A stretch of DNA of 41,067 nucleotides from a virus (Duplodnaviria > Caudoviricetes). Below, piece after piece: positions 16,161 through 25,989 of the stretch (its first letter is position 1; every line of letters starts with the position of its first letter). A program made the translations under genes and the position numbers. The notes beneath the pieces were generated by a model. It ran no database searches, was not told where the DNA came from, and saw nothing but the letters and a program-made list of their open reading frames with translations. The stretch is from positions 1-41,067 of the IMG/VR virus record IMGVR_UViG_3300037308_000832; one strand, 5' to 3'.

Positions 16161-17918
16161 ATGGACAGACCGCTGGATATCTATTCCTTCATCACGGCGG
16201 AAGAGACGAGATTCAACCTTCCCATCGATTTGCTGGGTTGGAGTTGGGGCATGGCGCAACACATCAAAGAGGCGTTCTATTACAAGCATTCGCGCCTCAT
16301 AACCGGCAACGACGACATGAAGCCGGTCAAGAATATCGTGCGGCCGATCCTCAATCTCCAGTATCGCAGCGAAGATTTGGACGTAAAGGACATCTTCATC
16401 TACGTGGACGACCCGGATAAGTTCGACCTCTCCTTTTTCGTCAAAAAGTACCACGACGAGGTGTTCTTGAAGGAGCACGACCTGGATACCTTCCTTGACC
16501 AAGTCAACGAGAACCGCATCGATTACGGCGGGGCGCTCATCAAAGACGTGGGCAAGGGCGTGCCGGAGGTGGTGCCGTGGCAGAGCGTGGCGTTCTGCGA
16601 CCAGACCGACATCCTGTCCGGCCCGATCGGACTCAGGCATTATTATTCGCCCGACCAATTGAAGGAAATGGAGGCCAAGGGCTGGGGCGAGTCGAGCAAG
16701 GGCGCGACCATATCCATCGACGACCTGATCGTCCTTTCCCGCAATTCCAAACAGGACGGCGAGGGTAAAACCAATAACACGCCGGGCAAGTACATCGAGG
16801 TGTACGAGGTCCACGGCACCATGCCGGAGTCGTTTCTGCGCGATACCGACAGCAACCGCTACGTCACCCAGCTGCAGATCGTGGCCTTTTACAACAAGGC
16901 GGGCGGCGGCAAGGAGGGCGTGACCCTCTACCGGGGCCGGGAGGAGAAAAGTCCGTTCAAGCTCATTCTGCGCGACCCGGTGGACGGCCGGGCGCTCGGC
17001 TTCGGCGGGGTGGAAGAGCTGGTGGAGTCCCAGGTGTGGACGAATTACACGCAATTAAAGTACCGGGAGCTGCTGGACGCGGCCGCCCAGACCGTGCACC
17101 AGACCACCGACGCCACCTTCGCCCGGAACGGCCGGCTCCACACCGTCGGTTCGATGAGGGTGGCTTTGATGAGCGAGGGAACGAACCTCAGCCAGGTCGA
17201 CACCTTCCCGCGCAATATCAACCTATTCAACCAATATGCCCAGGAATGGGAGGCGCACGCACAGATGACGGCGGCGGCCAACGACTCGATCATGGGCGAG
17301 CAACCGGCATCCGGAACGCCGTTCAAATTGCAGGAGCTGGTGACGAAAGAGTCCCATTCCCTGCACGAGTTCCGGCGCGGCAAGTTCGCCAAGGACATCG
17401 AAAAGATATACCGGGACTTCATTCTGCCCTACATCAAAAAGGAATTGGCCAAAGGACAGGAGTTTTTGGCCACGTTATCGGTCGATGAGATGCAGTATCT
17501 GGCCGACAAGGTGGTGGATAAGCGCATCGCCGACCTGTACCAGGCCGGGAAGCTCGACATCGCGGACATCGAGGCCAAGAAGGAGGAGTTAAAGCGTGAT
17601 TTCATGAAGGAGAACAAGAAATTCATCGAGATCGTCAAAGAGGACGTGAAGGACGTCCCGCTGTCCATCAACATCAACGTCGCCGGCAAGCAAAAGGACA
17701 TGTACCTGTTCACGGACAAGCTGGTGAACATCTTCCGGCAGATCGCGTCCGCCCCGCAGATCCTCGACGACCCGCGCCTGGCCAAGCTATTCAATAAGAT
17801 ACTGGAAAGCTCCGGTCTGGAGCCGATGGACTTTTCCACCTACTCCGTGCCGCCCGCGAGCGCCCAGCCCGCTCAAGAATTAACGCCTGCCTATGCAACT
17901 GGACAAAATCCTGTCTGA
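16161..17918 (+). CDS. Portal protein (podovirus/P22-like)
   Basis: 585 aa after terL; GRALGFGGVEEL..Q motif typical of podovirus portals. Confidence 0.8.
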   Translation: MDRPLDIYSFITAEETRFNLPIDLLGWSWGMAQHIKEAFYYKHSRLITGNDDMKPVKNIVRPILNLQYRSEDLDVKDIFIYVDDPDKFDLSFFVKKYHDEVFLKEHDLDTFLDQVNENRIDYGGALIKDVGKGVPEVVPWQSVAFCDQTDILSGPIGLRHYYSPDQLKEMEAKGWGESSKGATISIDDLIVLSRNSKQDGEGKTNNTPGKYIEVYEVHGTMPESFLRDTDSNRYVTQLQIVAFYNKAGGGKEGVTLYRGREEKSPFKLILRDPVDGRALGFGGVEELVESQVWTNYTQLKYRELLDAAAQTVHQTTDATFARNGRLHTVGSMRVALMSEGTNLSQVDTFPRNINLFNQYAQEWEAHAQMTAAANDSIMGEQPASGTPFKLQELVTKESHSLHEFRRGKFAKDIEKIYRDFILPYIKKELAKGQEFLATLSVDEMQYLADKVVDKRIADLYQAGKLDIADIEAKKEELKRDFMKENKKFIEIVKEDVKDVPLSININVAGKQKDMYLFTDKLVNIFRQIASAPQILDDPRLAKLFNKILESSGLEPMDFSTYSVPPASAQPAQELTPAYATGQNPV

Positions 17919-18237
17919 ACAAGAGGAGGTGGAGATCAGAAAGTTACTTGCCAACGACGTTCTGATGCCCGCCCTTAAAAAGGTGCTGTTGTACAGCATT
18001 TATCACTCCGGCACCCTGAAGCCGGGCGAAGACCCGGACTTCCTGCGCAACTTCGTCTACTCGCTCTTGATCGAGCCGCGCACCGGCCAGGAATACAAAG
18101 TGACCAACGAGGAACTGGGCGAGAAGCTGCGGGCGCGGATCGAGGGCATCATCATGCTCGATGACGGCTTCAAGCACCTGGAGAAATTCCGCCAGGACAT
18201 TAAAGCGGACGCGGAGGAAAAGAACCCGGCCCGATAA
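17893..18237 (+). CDS. Hypothetical head-module protein
   Basis: Overlaps the portal end; C-terminus NPAR matches that of terL. Confidence 0.7.
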   Translation: MQLDKILSEQEEVEIRKLLANDVLMPALKKVLLYSIYHSGTLKPGEDPDFLRNFVYSLLIEPRTGQEYKVTNEELGEKLRARIEGIIMLDDGFKHLEKFRQDIKADAEEKNPAR

Positions 18238-18250
18238 TAATTCCTATATT

Positions 18251-19021
18251 ATGAAAATCCCATCATTGATGAAAGCAACGATGTTCATGGTCATCGCTAC
18301 GGCGGCGGTCATTTTGTGGGTCGTTATTTCCCGCACCGGCTCACCGCTCGGCGTTATCGTGAATCCCCAGCAAGAAGGCAATCCCACCGCGATGCCCACC
18401 CCGGCGGCAGGGACGGCCACCTCCACCGCGAAAGGCAGCGTGGCGGACGGCACGTACTACTTCCGGCTTACGTCGGTCGATTATGCCGGAGGGCAGACCA
18501 AAGCCTCGGAACAGTTCTCCTGCTCGATTTCGAGCTACAAGAACTCCTGCACGGTAACGTTGACACCGCTCACCGAGGCCGCTTCCACCCGGTTGTGGAT
18601 CGCCACCACGTCGGGCGTCTACTACGGATATAAGACGGCTACCTCATCCACCCTGGTCGCCACCACGACGGGAATGACGGCCGCCAGGCTTCCGCAAGTA
18701 TCTTCCGCCTACTATTTCAACAGCGGGGTGGATATGGACAACACCTGGCTGAAGTCTTATGCGACCGCCGACACGCTGGTCAAGAGTGGCAAGACCTTGG
18801 TGCATTCCGTGACTTTCAGCGGTACGGATACGGCGGCCACGGCCGGGACCATCGGCATCATGGATTCCGTCACCCGGGGGGTCGGGACCAGCTCTCTCTA
18901 CTATGTCAACGCGGCGGCCGTGCTGCCGAACACCATCATCCTCGATCAGGTGTTCGAGACCGGGCTGTTCATCGACTTCACCGCCACGAACGATGTCAAT
19001 GTTTCCGTTTCCTATAAGTAA
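18251..19021 (+). CDS. Thr/Ser-rich putative structural/decoration protein with N-terminal TM segment
   Basis: Hydrophobic N-terminus then SPLG; GTYYFRLTSVDYAGGQT beta-sandwich-like region. Confidence 0.65.
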   Translation: MKIPSLMKATMFMVIATAAVILWVVISRTGSPLGVIVNPQQEGNPTAMPTPAAGTATSTAKGSVADGTYYFRLTSVDYAGGQTKASEQFSCSISSYKNSCTVTLTPLTEAASTRLWIATTSGVYYGYKTATSSTLVATTTGMTAARLPQVSSAYYFNSGVDMDNTWLKSYATADTLVKSGKTLVHSVTFSGTDTAATAGTIGIMDSVTRGVGTSSLYYVNAAAVLPNTIILDQVFETGLFIDFTATNDVNVSVSYK

Positions 19022-19060
19022 AGGTCGAGCAACAATTAATTTTAGTCAATAAACATACCT

Positions 19061-19723
19061 ATGAAGAAATTAATCGTGATTCTGGTGGCCCTCGCCATCG
19101 TCCTGCCGGTGTCGGCGGCGATAACTAAAGCCACTCTCATCAACAGTTCCGGCGACAAGGCCGTGGTCGCGGCCGGTTCCGCCGAAGCGCAAAAACTGTT
19201 CAGCGAGGGTTACGTCCTGATGGGTTCGCCCTTCAAGACCGAATTGGAGAAGGTTTGCGATTGCGAACAGGTAGGGGCGCTCGTAGGCCCGGAGGTCATC
19301 GGCGACCTCACCGTGTACGGCAAGTTGCGCGGCAAGGCGGCCTTCAAGTACATCAAGGCCACGTCGCAGTACGCCACCACGACTCTGACTCACCTTGACT
19401 CCGGCACCACTTACTTGATCTCCGGTGTGGGCACGCAGATCACCCTGCCGACGGTCAAGGCAACCGGCACGACCTTCCGGTTCGTCGTCGCGGGGGCCAC
19501 GGCCACCGGTGACATCCGGGTCACGTCGGCCGAAGGGGACAACATCGAGGGTTCGGTCGTCGTGGCCGGCGCGGTCGTCGACTGCGACGCCGCCGACGTG
19601 CTGACCTTCGTTGTCGACGGAGAAAACATCGGCGATTTCGTCGAGGTCGTTTCCACCGGTTCGGCCTGGGTTCCGCTCCAGAGCGGCGCATTGTCCGCTA
19701 CCAAGCTTACCTGCACGGGGTAA
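19061..19723 (+). CDS. Putative capsid decoration/fibre protein with signal peptide
   Basis: MKKLIVILVALAIVLPVSAA; DSGTTY..ITLP..GTTFRFVV..GDFVEVVS.G.AW, resembling phage decoration domains. Confidence 0.65.
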   Translation: MKKLIVILVALAIVLPVSAAITKATLINSSGDKAVVAAGSAEAQKLFSEGYVLMGSPFKTELEKVCDCEQVGALVGPEVIGDLTVYGKLRGKAAFKYIKATSQYATTTLTHLDSGTTYLISGVGTQITLPTVKATGTTFRFVVAGATATGDIRVTSAEGDNIEGSVVVAGAVVDCDAADVLTFVVDGENIGDFVEVVSTGSAWVPLQSGALSATKLTCTG

Positions 19724-19788
19724 TAATTCAATTCGGGTAGCCGTTACCCTTTCTAACGGCATCGGACAAGCCACAAGTCCTTACAAAT

Positions 19789-20343
19789 ATGGCAAACCTA
19801 CATGAGATCATCGACTCTCTAAACGATGAAACCGTCGCCGCCGAAGTGAAACAGCAGTTGAAGGCGGAAGCGGATGCCCTGAGTAAGGCGAACAAAGAGC
19901 TATACTCGCGGGCTAAGAAAGCGGAAGGGTTCGAGTACGACAAGACCCAAAAGCAGTGGGTCAAGAAGGCCGAACCGGCCGCGAAAAAAGAGGAGAACAA
20001 AAAGGACAGTTTCGATTACGGTCAAAAAGCCTTCATCGCTTCCGTTCTGGGAGTGAAAGGCGAGGAGGAGTTGGCTTTGCTCAAGGACTATCTCGATAAC
20101 GGCAAGAAACTGGAAGACCTGGCCGACAATAAACATTTCCAAAACGACCTCAAGGACCTGCGGGAAGTGAAAGCGACCAAGGACGCCACTCCCTCCGGGA
20201 CCAAGCGGTCGGGAAATACGGCCAAGGATTCCGTAGAGTACTGGCTGGCCAAGGGGGAACTACCCCCGGCGGATCAGCCGGACCTGCGTCGCAAGGTGGT
20301 CAACGCCAAGATCGAGCGCCAAAAGAGCAGCAGTCCCTTCTGA
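19789..20343 (+). CDS. Capsid scaffolding protein
   Basis: Charged helical protein directly upstream of the capsid gene. Confidence 0.65.
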   Translation: MANLHEIIDSLNDETVAAEVKQQLKAEADALSKANKELYSRAKKAEGFEYDKTQKQWVKKAEPAAKKEENKKDSFDYGQKAFIASVLGVKGEEELALLKDYLDNGKKLEDLADNKHFQNDLKDLREVKATKDATPSGTKRSGNTAKDSVEYWLAKGELPPADQPDLRRKVVNAKIERQKSSSPF

Positions 20344-20390
20344 GCCGGATCGTGATTGTCTGGGTTTAATTAATCTAAACAGACAATCTT

Positions 20391-21269
20391 ATGGCAGCGG
20401 AAGGTGCAAATACCTTTACCGGGGCTGTATTCAAAGAAGATTGGGCCGTCAAGTTGCAGGAACGGTTGGGCTATGACACCAACTGGAAAGAGGTCTGCAA
20501 CGTCGAGTACACGGACACGCGGGTTTTCAATAATCCGTACATGTCCACGGTCCCGTCCCTGCAGTCCCACACCAGGGGAGACGCTTACACTCATCAGCTT
20601 TTCACCCTGACGAACGAGTACGTCACCATCAACCAGTCGCAGATCATCCCGATGGTCATCGACCGGGCGGACTTGGCGCAATGCAATTACGTCAAGCAGA
20701 TGGAAATGGCCGCACTCCAAGGACAGTTGATCGATGAGTACCTGGAGACCGACATGCTGGCGAACCACGCCATGTGGACGGATTTCACCAACGCCACGAT
20801 CGGCGGCGAGGCCGGCAACATCACCGTGGATGTCACCACCATCCCGAAGATCATCCGCGCCCTCAAGCGCGAGATCCGCGAGGCCAACGGCCAGAAACTG
20901 ATGTCCCGCAACGGGGCGTTCATCGTCTGGCGGGCGGCCGACTTCGAGGTGCTGGAGGCGTACTGCCAGGCGGTCGGTTTCAACACCGCCGACACCGCGC
21001 TCAAGAACGGCATCGTCAAAGGGTTCGAGTACATGGGCGTGACTCATCTCATGTCCAATCTCCACACAGCCAACCACGTGTTCGGCGGCGTGAAGAAGCT
21101 CATGCACGTCGGCATCCTCAAGTCCACCTTCGGACAGGTGTACCTCGATGAGGAACCGGCGACGGCTTCCGGCGCGCTCTCGGCCGTGGCGGTTGTATCC
21201 CGGCTCGATTGGGAGTATAAGGTTTGGACCAACACCAAGCCCCTCCTTTTCGACATCGCGGTAGCGTAG
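20391..21269 (+). CDS. Major capsid protein (HK97 fold, P22-like)
   Basis: 292 aa after the scaffold; E.WA.KLQE.L N-arm, VTINQ..VIDRAD and G.VKGF..MGV motifs. Confidence 0.8.
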   Translation: MAAEGANTFTGAVFKEDWAVKLQERLGYDTNWKEVCNVEYTDTRVFNNPYMSTVPSLQSHTRGDAYTHQLFTLTNEYVTINQSQIIPMVIDRADLAQCNYVKQMEMAALQGQLIDEYLETDMLANHAMWTDFTNATIGGEAGNITVDVTTIPKIIRALKREIREANGQKLMSRNGAFIVWRAADFEVLEAYCQAVGFNTADTALKNGIVKGFEYMGVTHLMSNLHTANHVFGGVKKLMHVGILKSTFGQVYLDEEPATASGALSAVAVVSRLDWEYKVWTNTKPLLFDIAVA

Positions 21270-21322
21270 TAGTCACCCTCTGCCCGTTCTGCGGGCAGGG
21301 ATGTGATTATTAACCCCTCCGT

Positions 21323-22057
21323 ATGCCCCAATTTTACGACTCATCGGGAAAGACCGGCATCGTAGACGACATTTACTTCTCTACCAATACCAGCACGGCC
21401 TCTTACCCGCTGGCGAACGTCGCTTATCACGTCAACCTCGGTTACGCCGAGGTGATTTCGCGCATTCTCAGGGCGGACGACCGCTGGCACTGGGACGACA
21501 ACAACATCACCAAGTCCCTGGAGAGTACTTTTTCGCTGGTGAGCGGGCAGGGCGAATACAACGTTTTGAAAGCCACCCCCGATGAAACATATCAGGACTT
21601 CGCAAAAATATTCGGCTTGTCCGTAAAAGACCCGAACGGGGAGTGGATCGAGCTTGAATACGTCACTAAAGAGGACATCCAGGCCACCGGCATCGCCTGG
21701 GACGAATATTTGAGCGTCAACGGCACTCCGGAGGAGTTCACTTTGGAAGGAACGCAGGCCTTCCTCAAGCCCGCCCCGAATTACGCCTCTACGGACGGGG
21801 GAAAAATATTCCTGCAACGCAACCCAGTGTTCTTCACCGCTTCGGACACCACCAAAAAGCCGGGTTTCGATTCGAAGCATCACGGCATCCTGTCCCTCTA
21901 CGGGCAACGGGGATGGTTCCTGGGGCCAGGCAACGACGCGAACCGCGCGAACAACATCCAGTCGTACATCGATCGCTGGCTTGACAGGATCGAGAAGGAC
22001 TACCGGGAGCGCTTGGCGGTCAAACAGCCGGTTAACACGTATGTCAACTGGAAATGA
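21323..22057 (+). CDS. Head-tail adaptor / tail tubular protein A-like
   Basis: Follows the capsid gene; LVSGQGEY, GTP..F, L.PAP and PGF..HH motifs typical of adaptors. Confidence 0.65.
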   Translation: MPQFYDSSGKTGIVDDIYFSTNTSTASYPLANVAYHVNLGYAEVISRILRADDRWHWDDNNITKSLESTFSLVSGQGEYNVLKATPDETYQDFAKIFGLSVKDPNGEWIELEYVTKEDIQATGIAWDEYLSVNGTPEEFTLEGTQAFLKPAPNYASTDGGKIFLQRNPVFFTASDTTKKPGFDSKHHGILSLYGQRGWFLGPGNDANRANNIQSYIDRWLDRIEKDYRERLAVKQPVNTYVNWK

Positions 22058-22263
22058 ACAACGCCGACAAGACAACCACGACCGCCGGGAACGCTGACAA
22101 GACGACCACCACGATGAGCAACGCCAACCGGGGGTTGTCCACCTCAGAGGCGAACATTTGGCACGAAACCAACACCCCCTGGGACCCGGAGAGCGATTTA
22201 CCCTGGCAGGATGAAACCACCATCGACGCCGACACCGAATTTACTAACCAGGATAAGTTATGA
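22054..22263 (+). CDS. Small acidic protein with tandem NADKTTTT repeat
   Basis: ATGA overlaps on both sides; duplicated 10-aa unit. Confidence 0.6.
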   Translation: MNNADKTTTTAGNADKTTTTMSNANRGLSTSEANIWHETNTPWDPESDLPWQDETTIDADTEFTNQDKL

Positions 22264-23714
22264 ATAAGTATTTCCCTCATCTTGCCCTTGGCATCCTCGC
22301 CCTTACCTGCGGGGCGTTCTTGTATGGGTCGTTCCGCACGGTCGAGCAGTCCGTGGGAGCTACGATCACCGACCTGACCCGCTATATGACGGGTTCGACC
22401 TCGATGGCGGTCATCAATGCCAATTTCGACAATCTGAACACGGACAAGCTAGAAATCTCCGACTACATCGGCACCACCACCTTAGCGGCCCGGACCGCCA
22501 CCACCACAGGGACGAACGGCATCGACATTTCCGGCGGGTGCTTCGCCATCGACGGGACGTGTGTCGCCGGCGGGACCGGGGTCGGAACACCTGGCGGATC
22601 TGACACCCAGGTCCAATTCAACGACGGCGGGTCGACATTCGGCGGTGACGCGGGAATGACCTACAGCAAGACCGCCGACCGCCTGACCGTGACGCGGGCG
22701 TCCTCCACCGGTATCACGGCCACGAATTTCTGGGGAACCCTCACGGGGAGCGCTTCCGCCGTAGCGAACGGGGCGGTCGGCGTGGCGGGCCTGGCGTCGG
22801 TGGACTTCGGCGACTTCACCTGCAACGGGAGCGCCTGTACGTTAGATACCGCTATTCCCGGACAGGAAGCCGTTGAGGACTACACGGGCGCAATGGTCAC
22901 GGGCAACACGGAAACCGGAATCACCGTCACGTATAACGACGGCACCGGGAAACTCGATTTTTCCGTCACCGGCTTCCTGTCCGAAACGTCTTACTTCGCC
23001 ACCACATCGTTATTCGGCGACACGGGCGGTACCTGGGACAAGGCGAAGAACCGCTTGACACTTACCTACGCCTCTTCAACCGGGGTGACGGCCACGAACA
23101 TGTGGACGAACCGTATCAATGCCACTGGATTGCTCTGGTTCCCGGAAAACGGCGGATACGTCGGTTTCGGCAATGATGATAACAGCGGCGCGGCGGGAGG
23201 CTCCATATACCTCTCCAGCAAGCAACTGAAGATAAGCGCCGAGTATAGTGAGATGAACGGTATCTCGCTCCTGGCCGACGGGTACATCAATCTCAACGCC
23301 GGGACGCACATCAAGCTCAACGACCGTATCTATGCGTCGTCCACCCTTCTTATTGACGGGGCGATCACCACTACGGGAAATGCGCTGATTCCCTATAAAA
23401 AGGCCGCCTGCTGGACGTTCGCCTCTTCAACCTCGTTCGGAGCAGGCACCACCACTTTGGCCGGGCTGCCCTACGGCATCACGGTCACGGAACAGAACGG
23501 CTTGGTCAATTCCGGCACCTCCATCAAGCTCAAGATGCACGACGGTACGAACCTGATGGACTCGATGACCGCCACCGCCACCCGTTCCCGCATCGTTCCG
23601 GCCGCCAACAACACCTGGACAGCGCGGGAGGACATGAAACTGTCATGGAGCAACGGGTCGGGGACGGTCTACGGGTTCAACTACTGTATTTATTACACTG
23701 TCACTCCTGATTGA
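22260..23714 (+). CDS. Tail fibre-like Gly/Thr-rich protein with N-terminal TM/signal
   Basis: INANFDNLN, PGGSDTQVQFNDGG and TETGITVTYND fibre motifs; repeated ASST/ATTT. Confidence 0.7.
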   Translation: MNKYFPHLALGILALTCGAFLYGSFRTVEQSVGATITDLTRYMTGSTSMAVINANFDNLNTDKLEISDYIGTTTLAARTATTTGTNGIDISGGCFAIDGTCVAGGTGVGTPGGSDTQVQFNDGGSTFGGDAGMTYSKTADRLTVTRASSTGITATNFWGTLTGSASAVANGAVGVAGLASVDFGDFTCNGSACTLDTAIPGQEAVEDYTGAMVTGNTETGITVTYNDGTGKLDFSVTGFLSETSYFATTSLFGDTGGTWDKAKNRLTLTYASSTGVTATNMWTNRINATGLLWFPENGGYVGFGNDDNSGAAGGSIYLSSKQLKISAEYSEMNGISLLADGYINLNAGTHIKLNDRIYASSTLLIDGAITTTGNALIPYKKAACWTFASSTSFGAGTTTLAGLPYGITVTEQNGLVNSGTSIKLKMHDGTNLMDSMTATATRSRIVPAANNTWTAREDMKLSWSNGSGTVYGFNYCIYYTVTPD

Positions 23715-23792
23715 TATGAAAAAACTGCTCGCTTGGCTTTATCGCTGGCTCGATGAGCCGGAGGATGAGGATATAAACGGGAAACGTCCTGT

Positions 23793-25370
23793 ATGCCACG
23801 TTTGATTTTTATTGCCATTTTAGCCTTGTTACTCTCCGGATGCGGTCAGCCGGATACGTTAGGCGCGCTTTCATACGATGCCACCAGGGTGGACGAAGTA
23901 TTGCTTGGCGGCGGCACCGAGATGGTGAACAAACGGACGTATCGGGCGAAGTTCTGGCAAAATGGTGCCACCACTACCGGGACGTTCCACGGCGGCGAGA
24001 TCCATTACAAGGGAGAGGACAACCAGTTCTATGACGTGGACTTCACCACTTTGGAAGATATGGGGCTGTACTGGCGGATGGTGAAGGGGAATTACAAGTT
24101 TTTCATTGCCAAGCAATTCAATCGGGAGCAACTCATCCGCTTTGACAACGTGTACGACGGGGCGAATCATTCCATCTATTACGAGCCGAAGATGCTGGCA
24201 TGGGTGAACGCCACCGACCTGTCGGACATGCAGGTGTTTCGCAATCAGCAGAACGCCACCGGGACGGTATCAACGGCGAACGGCTTGACGGTCATCCGTT
24301 ACACCGATGCTTTCGGGGAGGGTATTCACTTCGAGGTGACGCTCAACCGCTTTGGATTCAAGAAGGAGATTGTCATCGACGCCAAAAACAAACTAGAGTC
24401 ACCGCCGACCGCCAATCATAAGCTGGTCGCTTTATTCAAATACCGGGGCGACGGTCTGGCTGTTAGAAAAACAGACAACACGGCCTGGGACAACGATTCT
24501 TATTTCGAGTCAGAGGATGGATTCTCTATTTCTACCACGACTGGCCGGACACTTATCCTTCCGGCGTACATCGAGGATAGCGCTACCTCCACGGGGCAGC
24601 CGGATCGGGCGCGGCTCAAGGTGTTTTGGAAGAAATACAACGAAGCGCTCTGGCAAGCGAAAGTGCTACCGAAGGTGTTTTTGCAGAATGCCGTCTATCC
24701 GGTCCGGGCGGATACGGTCACGGCTTACCCGGGCGGGGCAGGGGACGGCGACGCCTATTCTGTCGAATCAACCTGGGCGAACGCCCGTGACACCGCCGAT
24801 ACGTTGGCAGTGGAGAACACGTCGGCGAACACCAATTTCATCGGCACCCAGTACTATAATTCCACCTACCGCGTGTTCCGTGGATTCTTCCCCGTGGATA
24901 CGAGCGGCATTGATGATGCCGCGACCATTTCCAGTTCCACGTTCGTCGTTAACATCAGCGCGCCGAATGACGGCGATAATGACGACCAAGCGTACATCAC
25001 GCTCGCTTCGACCACGATGCGGGTCCCGACGACATTGGAAACTGATGATTTCCACCGCGAGTCCGACACGGAGATGATAGATTCCGGCACCCGTAAGGAT
25101 ATCACCAGCGTTGGGACCGGTTGGGAAGGATTCGTGCTGAATGCCGCCGGACGGGCGCATATCGTGGTCATCGGTTGGACGAAGATCATGATGCGGGAGG
25201 GCCACGATTTGGAGGATAGCGCTATCACCAGCGGGACGAATAAGCACAGCTCCGTGCAGCCATACACCGAGTACTCCACGAACGACCCGTACCTGCTCGT
25301 TGACTACACTACAGGCGATGCGGCTGCCGTCACCGACGGCCTCAAAATCTATTCGTTCGGCGATCTATAA
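23793..25370 (+). CDS. Lipoprotein-signal beta-rich protein (virion appendage or surface protein)
   Basis: Lipobox LLSGC; AVYPVRAD and FPVDTSGI..A.I.S-type domain; PYLLVDYT end. Confidence 0.65.
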   Translation: MPRLIFIAILALLLSGCGQPDTLGALSYDATRVDEVLLGGGTEMVNKRTYRAKFWQNGATTTGTFHGGEIHYKGEDNQFYDVDFTTLEDMGLYWRMVKGNYKFFIAKQFNREQLIRFDNVYDGANHSIYYEPKMLAWVNATDLSDMQVFRNQQNATGTVSTANGLTVIRYTDAFGEGIHFEVTLNRFGFKKEIVIDAKNKLESPPTANHKLVALFKYRGDGLAVRKTDNTAWDNDSYFESEDGFSISTTTGRTLILPAYIEDSATSTGQPDRARLKVFWKKYNEALWQAKVLPKVFLQNAVYPVRADTVTAYPGGAGDGDAYSVESTWANARDTADTLAVENTSANTNFIGTQYYNSTYRVFRGFFPVDTSGIDDAATISSSTFVVNISAPNDGDNDDQAYITLASTTMRVPTTLETDDFHRESDTEMIDSGTRKDITSVGTGWEGFVLNAAGRAHIVVIGWTKIMMREGHDLEDSAITSGTNKHSSVQPYTEYSTNDPYLLVDYTTGDAAAVTDGLKIYSFGDL

Positions 25371-25382
25371 TCAAAAACCCCT

Positions 25383-25592
25383 ATGACGTTCAAAGAGTTC
25401 CTCGTTCTCCCCGAGAACAAGAAAGCCTACTGGAAGGCCCTCAACTATTTCATGGCCTTCGGCGTTTCCTACCTGACCTACCAGGCCACCGACGGCATCG
25501 AGTGGGCCGTTGCGGTCCTCCCGGTCGCCAAGGTGGTCGCGGAAATGGTCACCCGCTACCTCAACGACGCTTACACCGGCTTTAATTCTTAA
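25383..25592 (+). CDS. Putative holin
   Basis: 69 aa with two hydrophobic segments, upstream of the peptidase. Confidence 0.5.
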   Translation: MTFKEFLVLPENKKAYWKALNYFMAFGVSYLTYQATDGIEWAVAVLPVAKVVAEMVTRYLNDAYTGFNS

Positions 25593-25697
25593 ACTACGGC
25601 CCAGACCTACTCCAACCACAATGGAAGCGGCTATCTACCTGATCTGCTACGTTTCCATCATCTGCGTTGCGGAGTGGTTTGTGAACAAATCAAGGAC

Positions 25698-25979
25698 ATG
25701 ACCGAGAAACTTTTCAACGAAGGCATCATCCGCCTGAAGACAGGCACGGTGATCGTGGTTGTGTTCTCGCTTGTGGCGTCGCTTATCGGATCGGGGGTGG
25801 CGTGGGAGAAGATACAGGCCCGGCTCCGGCATCTGGACGGCAAGACCGACGTGTACAACACCCGGTTCACGGAACTGGAAAAACGGGTCAGCGCCAACGA
25901 CGTGAAGTTCGCCGAGATTCAGGCGAATTTGAAGAATATCGAGTCGCTCATCCTCGACGTGAAGCAGAAGCTAAAATAA
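25698..25979 (+). CDS. Small TM + coiled-coil protein (holin/XhlA-like)
   Basis: One TM segment followed by a heptad pattern; in the lysis cassette. Confidence 0.55.
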   Translation: MTEKLFNEGIIRLKTGTVIVVVFSLVASLIGSGVAWEKIQARLRHLDGKTDVYNTRFTELEKRVSANDVKFAEIQANLKNIESLILDVKQKLK

Positions 25980-25989
25980 TCAAACCCAT

